In this document: one piece after another, positions 53,571-62,425 of the stretch | Numbering within the stretch: position 1 is the stretch's first letter | Layout of the letters: each line of letters begins with the position of its first letter | Source of the DNA: an uncultured Candidatus Saccharibacteria bacterium | GTDB taxonomy: Bacteria > Patescibacteriota > Minisyncoccia > Phycocordibacterales > UBA2100 | NCBI GenBank assembly: GCA_964623775.1 | Contig: CAZUVH010000001.1 | Coordinates: forward strand, 155,745-219,744 | Reading direction: 5' to 3' | Length of the DNA stretch: 64,000 bases | Translations under genes and position numbers: made by a program | Notes under the pieces: generated by a model | The model's input: the letters and a program-made list of their open reading frames with translations, nothing else | What the model was told of the DNA's origin: nothing | Database searches by the model: none

Positions 53571-55027
53571 TTTACTGAGAGTTTGATCCTAGCTCAGGGT
53601 GAATGCTGGCGGTATGGATAAGGCATGCAAGTCGAATGGGTTTAGACCCATGGCAGACGAGGTAGTAACACGTAGGAACGTACCCGGAAGTCGGGCATAA
53701 CCAGCCGAAAGGTTGGATAATTCCCGATGGTCTCGCAAGAGTAAAGATTTATCGCTTCCGGAGCGGCCTGCGTTGTATCACGCTAGTTGGTGAGGTAATG
53801 GCTCACCAAGGCTATGACGCATAGGGGACCTGAGAGGGTGACCCCCACCGATGAAACTGAGACACGGTTCATACCCCTACGGGGGGCTGCAGCCGAGAAT
53901 ATTCGACAATGGGCGAAAGCCTGATCGAGCGATACCGCGTGGTGGATGAAGTGCTTCGGCACGTAAACACCTTTTATGGAGGAGGAAGTCATTGACGTTA
54001 CTCCATGAATAAGGGGCTCCTAACTCTGTGCCAGCAGGAGCGGTAATACAGAGGCCCCAAGCATTACCCGGAATTACTGGGCGTAAAGAGTGCGTAGGTG
54101 GTCGTGTTAGTCGTTTGTTAAAAACCCGGGCCTAACCCGGGGAGTGCGAGCGAAACGGCACGACTAGAGGGAGTGAGAGGTGAATGGAACTCATGGTGTA
54201 GGGGTGAAATCCGTTGATATCATGGGGAACACCGAAAGCGAAGGCAATTCACTGGCACTTTCCTGACACTCAAGCACGAAAGCGTGGGTAGCGAACGGGA
54301 TTAGATACCCCGGTAGTCCACGCCCTAAACTATGTCAACTGGCTTTCCGGAGTATCGACCCTCTGGGAGGCGAAGCTAACGCGTTAAGTTGACCGCCTGG
54401 GTAGTACGGTCGCAAGACTAAAACTCAAAGGAATAGACGGGGGCTTGCACAAGTGGTGGAGCGTGTGGCTCAATTCGTCGCTAAGCGAAGAACCTTACCC
54501 AGACTAGAAATCCTACTGCACGTCTAGCGAAAGCTAGAAAGCCTTCGAGGGTGTAGGACAGGTGATGCATGGCTGTCGTCAGTTCGTGGTTTGAATCGTT
54601 CCCTTCAGTGGGGTAACGAACGCAACCCTCGTTGCCTGTTATATTTGTCAGGCGAGACTGCCCCCTCACGGGGGAGGAAGGTGAGGATGACGCCAAGTCA
54701 GCATGTCCCTCTGATGTCTGGGGCTGCACACGCGCTACAATCGCCGTTACAAAGGGGCGCAATACCGTAAGGTGGAGCAAATCCTTAAAAGCGGCGCCAG
54801 TTCGGATTGAGGGCTGCAACTCGCCCTCATGAAGCCGGAATCACTAGTAATCGTGGGTCAGCCACACCACGGTGAATACGTTCTCAAGCCTTGTACTCAC
54901 CGCCCGTCAAGTCAGGGAAGTTGGGAGTGCCCAAAGCCGACTCTTGTAGTCGTCCAAGGCAAACTCAATGACAAAGACTAAGTCGTAACAAGGCACGGGT
55001 AGCGGAAGCTGCTCGTGGAATCATTTC
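53571..55027 (+). rRNA. rrs: 16S rRNA, standalone, lacking a canonical anti-SD (ends approximate)
   Basis: AGAGTTTGATCCTAGCTCAG, ATTAGATACCC, AAACTCAAAGGAAT and AAGTCGTAACAAGG; 3' tail GGAATCATTTC. Confidence 0.98.
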
Positions 55028-55222
55028 AAACGAAAGGTTTCGCGATTCGTCGTCGAAATCGTTTGTCGATTCGAATGGCTCAATTGACCATTCGACGAGT
55101 AATCACATTCAACTCAGAATGATGTGTGACACATGGGAAAGACCATGGGAAATGGACGGAACAAAAGAGTGTTAAAAAACTGTTAGCTGTGTGAAAGTAC
55201 AATCGATATTCAGAATTCAAAA

Positions 55223-55256
55223 GCAAAGGCCGCCCGAGAGGGCGGTCTTTGCATTT
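55223..55256 (+). terminator. 16S unit terminator
   Basis: GCAAAGGCCGCCC-gaga-GGGCGGTCTTTGC. Confidence 0.8.
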
Positions 55257-55304
55257 TCCGCAAATGATTGTATAGTGTCACCGGAAACTGAAAAGGGAAA
55301 ACAG

Positions 55305-55532
55305 ATGCCAGAAGCAAACCAGGAAAAAATACGCCTCGTAAATGAGCTCGTAGCACTTATGGGAGTTGCGCCAGGTCGGCAAGCCCTCGCATTCGCAAAC
55401 CTCTGGAGGCTGCCTGACGAGGAAATCACGTCCATGCGTGACCAGCTAGTGAAGGATCACGAAGAAATTCGCAAGGCGCTCAAGGAATGGCTGAAGCCCG
55501 GAGTGTACGAAGAGCTCTACGGCTCAGAATAA
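55305..55532 (+). CDS. Hypothetical protein
   Basis: TATAGT -10 and AAGGGA upstream; terminator at 55540-55570. Confidence 0.55.
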   Translation: MPEANQEKIRLVNELVALMGVAPGRQALAFANLWRLPDEEITSMRDQLVKDHEEIRKALKEWLKPGVYEELYGSE

Positions 55533-55628
55533 GAAATCAGCCGCCAGATCAATAGAATCTGGCGGTTTTTGTTTTGATACAGGGGCGTGTATAGTGACTG
55601 CGGAAAAGAGAGATAGCAGGAGATTCTT

Positions 55629-56369
55629 ATGACCGCGATGCCGATCTGGGCTTGGCCAATATTGGTAGCGATCGATTTGTGGCAAAAGTGGGTGCCACGC
55701 CGGTATGCGATACCGGGCAAGACTCGGGTCCGATACAATTTCAGTGGCGATGCCAACAGATCTGTGGGTGAGCAATATACGACGCATAAGCGTCCCGAAG
55801 AAGGTCTGGTTGTCGGATACCAATACGAATACGTCGGCCCCTGGAACAACAACCGTCGTTCCATCGGTACGTATGCCGATCACAAAAAGTTCCCCCAAGG
55901 ACTTATTGTGAAGCCTGATTCGGGAGGCGCACTCCGGTGCGTGCCGCTCGAAAATGCAAAGCTGATATCGGGATATGGACACACCATACCCGGGTTCGGA
56001 TACAAGCGGCACCGTGACTCATTTCGCCTCGGTCCTTTACCAAAGCCGCTTCAATTTTATCCGCGCGACACAGTCTTTCTCGTTTCGGATATCACGAAGA
56101 CCCCGAGAAAAATAGGGCGCATATTCTTTACGCCACTTGGTGAGCCCGAATATGAAGTACTTATGACTGATGATGAGATCCGACGTGAAAACGACCGTCG
56201 CAAGGAAGAAGCGCGGCTTGAAAACGAGAATCGCGCACCCGACGACGATTGGGAAAGGGGACACGTGATCTGCGAAGGCGGCACGTATTCGTGGGCACGT
56301 GATGGTGATCTCGTACTTGTGTCGCGAGCGAAAGTAGCGAGTCTTGGCGGCGCATACAAAGGTCTCTGA
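55629..56369 (+). CDS. Hypothetical protein (SD-led orphan)
   Basis: TATAGT -10 and AGGAG upstream; terminator at 56377-56402. Confidence 0.65.
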   Translation: MTAMPIWAWPILVAIDLWQKWVPRRYAIPGKTRVRYNFSGDANRSVGEQYTTHKRPEEGLVVGYQYEYVGPWNNNRRSIGTYADHKKFPQGLIVKPDSGGALRCVPLENAKLISGYGHTIPGFGYKRHRDSFRLGPLPKPLQFYPRDTVFLVSDITKTPRKIGRIFFTPLGEPEYEVLMTDDEIRRENDRRKEEARLENENRAPDDDWERGHVICEGGTYSWARDGDLVLVSRAKVASLGGAYKGL

Positions 56370-56452
56370 AATAATTAAGCCCCGACTCGTCGGGGCTTTT
56401 TTGCGCTCGAGCGCACCATGGAGTAGTCTCTTGGTAGGAACAGGAGATAATC

Positions 56453-56692
56453 ATGCGTTATGTGGGCGGATTTATTTTTGCGACATTTCTCGCGTGCACC
56501 GCAGTGCCCCTGTACGTGCTCAGTGCAGTTGCGGTCATGCAGGTGGCCGTGTGCCCATTGACCTATATGGGTCGCGAAAAGCCACCGACAAATCCTGAGG
56601 CTCTGGAGAAGTGGAATCCTCCCGGTTTTACTGATTGCATCGCGTCGAGCTTTGGTTCGGTTGCAGGTCGGATCCAAAGAATATGGAAATGA
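56453..56692 (+). CDS. Small membrane or exported protein (SD-led orphan)
   Basis: TAGTCT -10 and AGGAG upstream; hairpin at 56697-56719. Confidence 0.55.
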   Translation: MRYVGGFIFATFLACTAVPLYVLSAVAVMQVAVCPLTYMGREKPPTNPEALEKWNPPGFTDCIASSFGSVAGRIQRIWK

Positions 56693-56729
56693 AAAACCCC
56701 GGCACATTTGTGCCGGGGGCGTCTTTTGA

Positions 56730-57407
56730 TCACTTACGTTTGCAACCTTCTGATTTTCTTTCTTCGTGTGAGATCGGTTTTCTTCGCGCGCCCCTCCAAC
56801 GAAAGTAATCTTCCCCAGAGGGGAGGAGGACAGCTAATGTACCGTCTCCCTGAGTAGTCATTTCGCCCAGCAGAATCTCATACATAAGATTGAGAGACGC
56901 ATTTTTGCGCTCCGGGCTCCACGGAGATACGAATTCAATCGTCATCTCTGAACACGCGGAGATCTTGAAACCGAATGAGCCCTCAATCCAGGTATAGGGT
57001 GAATGCGTGAAATTCCATTCGCCAAAGAGAATTTCTACGTCCTTACTCCAATCGTTTCCGATTTTCATGCGGTATACATAGGCTGTCGACAGATTGAGAT
57101 CTTTTCCCCACTGCTTTCTTTGTTCGATCAGTAGTTCACTAAGTACGTTTGTGCCCGGGTCTTCCTCGGCGAGGTATGCGCGGCATTCAAAAGAAATAGT
57201 GAGACGTCTCGTGAGGACGAGTTTTGCCGCAGTATCGTCTTCGGAGCCGCCGTTTCTTTCTGTGTAGGTGCTGCGCACAGGCACTTCGCAAAGAGACGGA
57301 TCACCGTTACCTCTCGCATCGGCGTGGCGGATGGTCGAAAGGACGAACATGATACTCAGAAAAGCCAGCAGTAGTGCCGCACAAATCCATAAAAGAAACG
57401 TTCGCAT
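56730..57407 (-). CDS. Exported hypothetical protein (SD-led orphan)
   Basis: Signal peptide ending ADA; GAGGAG upstream. Confidence 0.65.
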   Translation of the reverse strand: MRTFLLWICAALLLAFLSIMFVLSTIRHADARGNGDPSLCEVPVRSTYTERNGGSEDDTAAKLVLTRRLTISFECRAYLAEEDPGTNVLSELLIEQRKQWGKDLNLSTAYVYRMKIGNDWSKDVEILFGEWNFTHSPYTWIEGSFGFKISACSEMTIEFVSPWSPERKNASLNLMYEILLGEMTTQGDGTLAVLLPSGEDYFRWRGARRKPISHEERKSEGCKRK

Positions 57408-57550
57408 AGAACTCTCCTCGGATTTTTTCTGCACACCTCAAGGTGCAATTCTTGGGACACTATATGTGTCGTTACTTTATTGTGCAAACTATCCTGGATG
57501 GGTATAGTCGCGACGGTATAATAAAAACAGCAGTTCAAGGGAGAAACGCC

Positions 57551-57760
57551 GTGCTTGCATTTATGGGTCCACCGCCCGCATACAGTCCGCCGAGGCCGGA
57601 AGAGCCGAAGAAGCCGAAAATCCCTCGGATGTCGCCGCTGCCGTTGCAGAAGGGTACTGTCGGTGAGCGGACATGGTTTGCAACCATCATCTTGCTCGTT
57701 CTCGTCACAAGTCCACTCTGGATCCCCCTGCTTATCATCTGTAGAGTTATCAAACTCTGA
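57551..57760 (+). CDS. Small Pro-rich single-TM protein
   Basis: TATAAT -10, AAGGGAG and a GTG start. Confidence 0.5.
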   Translation: MLAFMGPPPAYSPPRPEEPKKPKIPRMSPLPLQKGTVGERTWFATIILLVLVTSPLWIPLLIICRVIKL

Positions 57761-57837
57761 CGCACTCCATCTCGTTGCAGATGGAGTGTTTCCTTATTAA
57801 AGTGCTTCCAGTCCACTCTGGTTTAGAGGAGATTCCA

Positions 57838-58428
57838 ATGCCGAAATATATGGTTACGGGCACCATTCCGTACGAGGCGGATGGTGGCCCCAGTTGGGGC
57901 AGTATCCACACCGCGTACCGCAACGGCGAAATTCACTTTGAGGCAAAAAACCTCAGAGCGGCTCAGGGATTTGTCGTCGATGCACTGTCCGGACGCAAGC
58001 TTGGGGAAGTTCACGCACTTTATTCGCTCGAAGGGGCCAGTCCCAAACTTGTCCCTTTTATAACTCCAAACGCGCGCTTGTCGATGATTGAGGTCTTGTT
58101 GTCACTCGGCCCCACCGACGAAAAAGTAATGGAGTATTCGAACTTTTCTGATGCAGAGTTACAGAAACTGTTCCGACAAGTTCAGAGCGAGGTGAAGAAG
58201 TTAACCCATCCGTTTTTGAAGCATCATGAGAAAGTCGAACGGGTCCTGAATCTGCTCAAGCGGCCAGATAATCGTCGCGAAATCGCACGGGCGTATCTCA
58301 TGGAGATACCCGACGAGTATCTCGATCGGATCGAGAACGATCTGAAGAACGAGAGAGAAGTATTCGTGTCAGCCGCGATGTCTGATTGGCTTCGGCCCGA
58401 CGCAGCCAGAGAGCTCTTTGGTAAGTGA
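57838..58428 (+). CDS. Hypothetical protein (SD-led orphan)
   Basis: GAGGAG upstream; bidirectional hairpin at 58431-58465. Confidence 0.65.
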   Translation: MPKYMVTGTIPYEADGGPSWGSIHTAYRNGEIHFEAKNLRAAQGFVVDALSGRKLGEVHALYSLEGASPKLVPFITPNARLSMIEVLLSLGPTDEKVMEYSNFSDAELQKLFRQVQSEVKKLTHPFLKHHEKVERVLNLLKRPDNRREIARAYLMEIPDEYLDRIENDLKNEREVFVSAAMSDWLRPDAARELFGK

Positions 58429-58469
58429 TCAAAAAGCCCCGGAGAAGTCCGGGGCCTTTCTTTTTAACG

Positions 58470-59693
58470 TTAGATGCAATACGTGGCGAGTGGCGCGAAG
58501 CCGTTGAAGCCGACGGATGAGTAGCTCGAAGTGTATGCGCCCGCTGCATGGATGCGAATCTTGTCACCCACTTGGAGAGAAAGAGGCAACTGGTACTGGA
58601 ATTTTTCATAGAGGATGTCGACGGAGTCGCAGCTTGGTCCCGCGAGTACCACGGGGCCTGTCGCACCCTTGCGGCCGATCACCTCGATACGGTACTTGAT
58701 CGCCTCATCATGCGTCTCAGCGAGGCCTCCGAATTTGCCGATATCGAGATAGACCCAGCGCACATCATCTCCGTACGATTTTTTAGAGATGAGTACGACT
58801 TCAGCTTCGATCACGCCTGCGTCGCCCACGAGTGAGCGACCCGGCTCAGTGATGATTTGGGGAAGATTTTCACCGAAATGCCGGCGCATCGCATCCATAA
58901 TAGCCGAGGCATACGAGGAGACTGGTGCGACCTTGTCCTGATAGTGTGCAGGCAATCCACCACCGATGTTGATCATGGTGAGCTCTATTCCGAGTTCCTT
59001 GAGTGAAGAAAATATAGCTGCAGCATCTTTGAGTGCCCCATCCCACTGGTCGAGGCGAGTTTGCTGGGAGCCGACGTGGAAGGAGATCCCGACTGGCTCC
59101 AGGCCAAGCTTTTTCGCTTTTATGAGTAGGTCACGCGCCATATCGATATCGCATCCGAATTTTCGTGAAAGCGGCCAATCAGCTCCCTCGCCGGTCGTGA
59201 GGAGTCGGCAGAAGACGCGGGATCCTGGAGCGGATCGCGCGAGCTTCTGGAGTTCGATTTCTGAATCAAATGCAAAAAGCCGCACGTGGCGCTCGTACGC
59301 GAAGGCGATGTCGCGCTCTTTCTTGATTGTATTGCCAAACGAAACTTTCTCGGGCGCAGCACCCGCGTTCAATACAAGATCAATCTCTGCGGGGGAGGCG
59401 ACATCAAACGATGATCCTAATTCGACGAGTCGTCTCACTACTTCGGGGGCAGGATTTGCTTTTACTGCGTAAAATATTTCGGCGGCCGGCATCGCTTTTT
59501 GGAGCGAATAATAATTTCCGGCGACAATATCTAGATTGACGACGAGAAAAGGCGTCTGCAATTGACGCTCTGCGATAAATTGCGCGATTTTAGCCGGCTG
59601 CCTTGGCAGCTGAATTTTGCGCGCACGATTTTTAAGGGAACTACGTAAACCAGGCTCCTCAAGAGTCGGCAATGTCCCAAGCTGTTTTTCCAT
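58470..59693 (-). CDS. Type III PLP-dependent ornithine/lysine decarboxylase
   Basis: FYAVKANP, FDVAS, SFHVGSQ, INIGGG, EPGR, AGPSCDS and AGAYT. Confidence 0.93.
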   Translation of the reverse strand: MEKQLGTLPTLEEPGLRSSLKNRARKIQLPRQPAKIAQFIAERQLQTPFLVVNLDIVAGNYYSLQKAMPAAEIFYAVKANPAPEVVRRLVELGSSFDVASPAEIDLVLNAGAAPEKVSFGNTIKKERDIAFAYERHVRLFAFDSEIELQKLARSAPGSRVFCRLLTTGEGADWPLSRKFGCDIDMARDLLIKAKKLGLEPVGISFHVGSQQTRLDQWDGALKDAAAIFSSLKELGIELTMINIGGGLPAHYQDKVAPVSSYASAIMDAMRRHFGENLPQIITEPGRSLVGDAGVIEAEVVLISKKSYGDDVRWVYLDIGKFGGLAETHDEAIKYRIEVIGRKGATGPVVLAGPSCDSVDILYEKFQYQLPLSLQVGDKIRIHAAGAYTSSYSSVGFNGFAPLATYCI

Positions 59694-59944
59694 TTCTGAT
59701 GTGCATAATTATTATTCTGACAATACCGCTATAATACATCCATTTTCGGCAATGTATATAGTCTGGAGTCAAAGTGTGCATAACTGCCACTTTTTTGATA
59801 GTATCCGTTCGTTCGTAAGAAGTGCCAAAGTAGTGTAATCTTTGTGAAATAAAGGAGATGCGCCAGTGGCTCCGGTGGATGATACGAGGGTTCGAGCGCG
59901 CAGAGTTGTTTTGAGTTCTTTGGTTAAGGAGGGTTTAAATATAA

Positions 59945-60019
59945 GCGCCAGTAGTTCAGTGGTAGAACGCTGTCCTGATAAGACAGAGGTCGAAGGTCCG
60001 ATTCCTTCCTGGCGCACCA
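59945..60019 (+). tRNA. tRNA-Ile(GAU) with encoded CCA
   Basis: Cloverleaf: acceptor GCGCCAG/CTGGCGC, anticodon arm CTGTC-CTGATAA-GACAG, T-arm GAAGG-TCCGATT-CCTTC. Confidence 0.95.
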
Positions 60020-60041
60020 AGTAAATCCATAGCTACCCACC

Positions 60042-60080
60042 AAGACAGAGGTGATGTAGTCCGATTCCTTCCTGGTGCAC
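60042..60080 (+). repeat. Degenerate duplicate of the tRNA-Ile 3' half
   Basis: AAGACAGAGGT...GTCCGATTCCTTCCTGGTGCAC versus tRNA AAGACAGAGGT...GTCCGATTCCTTCCTGGCGCAC. Confidence 0.8.
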
Positions 60081-60118
60081 TACAAAGAAGAAACCCCGCA
60101 TTTCGCGGGGTTTCGAAG

Positions 60119-60628
60119 CTATTGCATGCACGTTTTATAAAGTTCGGTCGCTTGGCCGACGGGGCCGCTCCAGTATGTATCTTTTGTCGAAGTCAGCCAC
60201 TCTTTCATCAAGAGTCGCGACTCTTCGCGCATCAGTCCGCCGACGATCTTGGGCAATCTGCCTTGGTGGCGGGGCGGTACCCATTTCTCGAGTCGACTAC
60301 AGGCTCCGCCGTGTGGGTCTTCGAGCGCGTACACGACCCGCGATACGGGGAAGTGCAGGATAGCCCCCATGCACATCACACATGGTTCCATCGTCGTGTA
60401 GACCGTAATTTTTGAGTCCCGACTCGGCCGCCCCTCGAGGAAGTTGAGCGCGACCATTTCAGCGTGGCCGAAATATTTACTCGTGAAGGGGTTTGGCAAA
60501 TTACTGAGGCCGAGCACTTTTCCTTCTGCCGCGACGATCGCACCGACAGGCATCTTATCCTGTCTCAGAAATCCAGCAGCTATATTGATCGCAAGTTCCA
60601 TCAGTCGCTTGTCGTGCGCGGTATCCAT
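60119..60628 (-). CDS. Zinc-dependent nucleoside deaminase (TadA-like)
   Basis: PVGAI, HAE and EPCVMC motifs. Confidence 0.88.
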   Translation of the reverse strand: MDTAHDKRLMELAINIAAGFLRQDKMPVGAIVAAEGKVLGLSNLPNPFTSKYFGHAEMVALNFLEGRPSRDSKITVYTTMEPCVMCMGAILHFPVSRVVYALEDPHGGACSRLEKWVPPRHQGRLPKIVGGLMREESRLLMKEWLTSTKDTYWSGPVGQATELYKTCMQ

Positions 60629-60706
60629 TGTGCAACTCCTTTATCTCGGAACAGACTACATCAAAATCGAATAAAAAACACCCCTCCTTGGGAGGGGTGC
60701 TCAAGA

Positions 60707-61402
60707 TCACTTTTTCTGATCGGGATAGAAGTTGTCCGGCAAAGGCATTTTCGCGAGATGCGCCGTCTCGTATGGTCGCATTGGCATCACATTGTAGACG
60801 TTCCATGTGCGGAGTCTGGTCTCGAGGTGCGGGATCACAAGCTTTTCCCACGGCATCTTCTCTCGATTCGGGTCCGCCTCATTGGCGATCTGTTTCATGT
60901 CGAATGCGAGGATCATATCGATCTCCTCACTTTTTATCGGCCGGACCTTGAAGCCGCCGAAGTCGTAATACTCCTTGAAGCTTCTAAGCCAATCTGCCGT
61001 TGGCTTTCCAAGCGAGCGGATCATGAAACCCGGTTTACCAGCTTTCAGCATATTCTTCGCTTCACCAGCGACACCGAGGCCGATACGGCCGTCGAGGTAA
61101 CCCATACATACGCACGCGTCACACTTTTCGATGAAATTGTAGAAGTAGCCCATGCCGCCGTGCTTCGTGTCGGCGAGGCTTGTGCGATTAGCCGCAGCTT
61201 TTTTGTAACCCTCCTGATGTTCGGGCTCGTTGGGATTCTCCACGCCGGCGCCGACGCGCTCATCGAACATTCTTGGGATTCCGAAATAATCGGCGATCAG
61301 CGAGACCGCTGATTTCTCGAGCGTCGGAATGGCGCTCGCCTTGACTCCCTCAGTGTCGTACATATTGACCTGATGTGCGAAATACGGACGTACCACGGTC
61401 AT
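60707..61402 (-). CDS. Putative nucleoside deoxyribosyltransferase/N-glycosidase-fold protein (SD-led)
   Basis: YFAH...NP...CDACV...GLGVAGEA...GKP pattern. Confidence 0.55.
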   Translation of the reverse strand: MTVVRPYFAHQVNMYDTEGVKASAIPTLEKSAVSLIADYFGIPRMFDERVGAGVENPNEPEHQEGYKKAAANRTSLADTKHGGMGYFYNFIEKCDACVCMGYLDGRIGLGVAGEAKNMLKAGKPGFMIRSLGKPTADWLRSFKEYYDFGGFKVRPIKSEEIDMILAFDMKQIANEADPNREKMPWEKLVIPHLETRLRTWNVYNVMPMRPYETAHLAKMPLPDNFYPDQKK

Positions 61403-61514
61403 TTTCCACTCCTTCTTGTTTGGCTGCGCACATGGTACAGCCGTCCCCGTCATTGCCAATATTGACACGTCCGGGTTTCGTATGTACGTTCATCCCGGAC
61501 AAGAGGAGCTTGAA

Positions 61515-62156
61515 ATGAGATCGCACCCATTAGCATTTACCGACATTGAGACGACCGGTCACGATCCCGTGCGCATGGTCGATGGGATTCTTGTGCCGTG
61601 GCACGAAATCATCGATATAGGCTGTGTGCTCGTCGAACCGCGGACACATGAAGTGCTTGGTGAATTTGAGTGCAAGGTCAAGCCGCAGCATCTGGAGCGC
61701 TGCATCCCGAAGATCATCAACAACTACCCGGCGCGAGCTGCGGCAGGTGAGTGGAACGATGCGCTCGATCTGAAAGACGGGATCAATGGACTTTTTAATT
61801 TTCTTGAATCGCTCGCGGGCACCGCCTACTTTGCCGTTCCCGGCGGACAGAACTTCTTCTTCGACTGGTCGTTTTTCACTGTTGCATTTGCGCTTACGGG
61901 GCACAGTCAGGATGAAGTCAGTCGCAACTATCTGCATTACAGTCGATTCGACACACGTTCGATGGCGATCCAGGAATTGCGGGAACCGGGCACGCCGTTT
62001 GATCCCAATGATTACAGTGTACGCAGTGAGTCATTGGCGCGTCGACTCGGGATCAACCCAGAGCCGGAAGTGCACACGGCAATTAATGGCGCGCGCAAGT
62101 CTTTCGAGGTGTGGAAGAAGTTGGAGGAATTGAAGCAGAACAGATTCGTAAAATAA
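61515..62156 (+). CDS. DEDDh-family 3'-5' exonuclease
   Basis: FTDIETTG, QNFFFDW, FDTRS and HTAINGA. Confidence 0.85.
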   Translation: MRSHPLAFTDIETTGHDPVRMVDGILVPWHEIIDIGCVLVEPRTHEVLGEFECKVKPQHLERCIPKIINNYPARAAAGEWNDALDLKDGINGLFNFLESLAGTAYFAVPGGQNFFFDWSFFTVAFALTGHSQDEVSRNYLHYSRFDTRSMAIQELREPGTPFDPNDYSVRSESLARRLGINPEPEVHTAINGARKSFEVWKKLEELKQNRFVK

Positions 62157-62192
62157 AAAATGCCCCGGACAAATTGTCCGGGGCCTACTTTT

Positions 62193-62351
62193 TTACTGGT
62201 CTTCTCCGCGTTCCCAAATCTCTTTGAGTTCGCCGGTGGATTTCTTCTGCAGCTTTTCCCGCAAGAGTTTGCGAGCCTGCAGATCGCTGTGGTCGTGTTC
62301 GCGGTCGACGATTTTCTCGACCAGGCTTGAAAACTCGGATCTCTCCTGCAT
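62193..62351 (-). CDS. Small helical hypothetical protein (SD-led orphan)
   Basis: TAGAGT -10 and GGAGG upstream; hairpins on both sides. Confidence 0.5.
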   Translation of the reverse strand: MQERSEFSSLVEKIVDREHDHSDLQARKLLREKLQKKSTGELKEIWERGEDQ

Positions 62352-62425
62352 GACGTCCTCCATCAACTGCCGAGACTCTATCAAAAAAGAAGAACCCCTG
62401 CCAATGGCAGGGGTTCAAGGAACAA

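Noticed and set aside
53102-54832. ORFs within the 16S gene and leader
   Set aside because: They overlap rRNA or its leader and show no protein motifs.
55260-62420. Integron cassette array
   Set aside because: The hairpins lack RYYYAAC/GTTRRRY ends, the genes are in mixed orientation with their own promoters, and no IntI is present.
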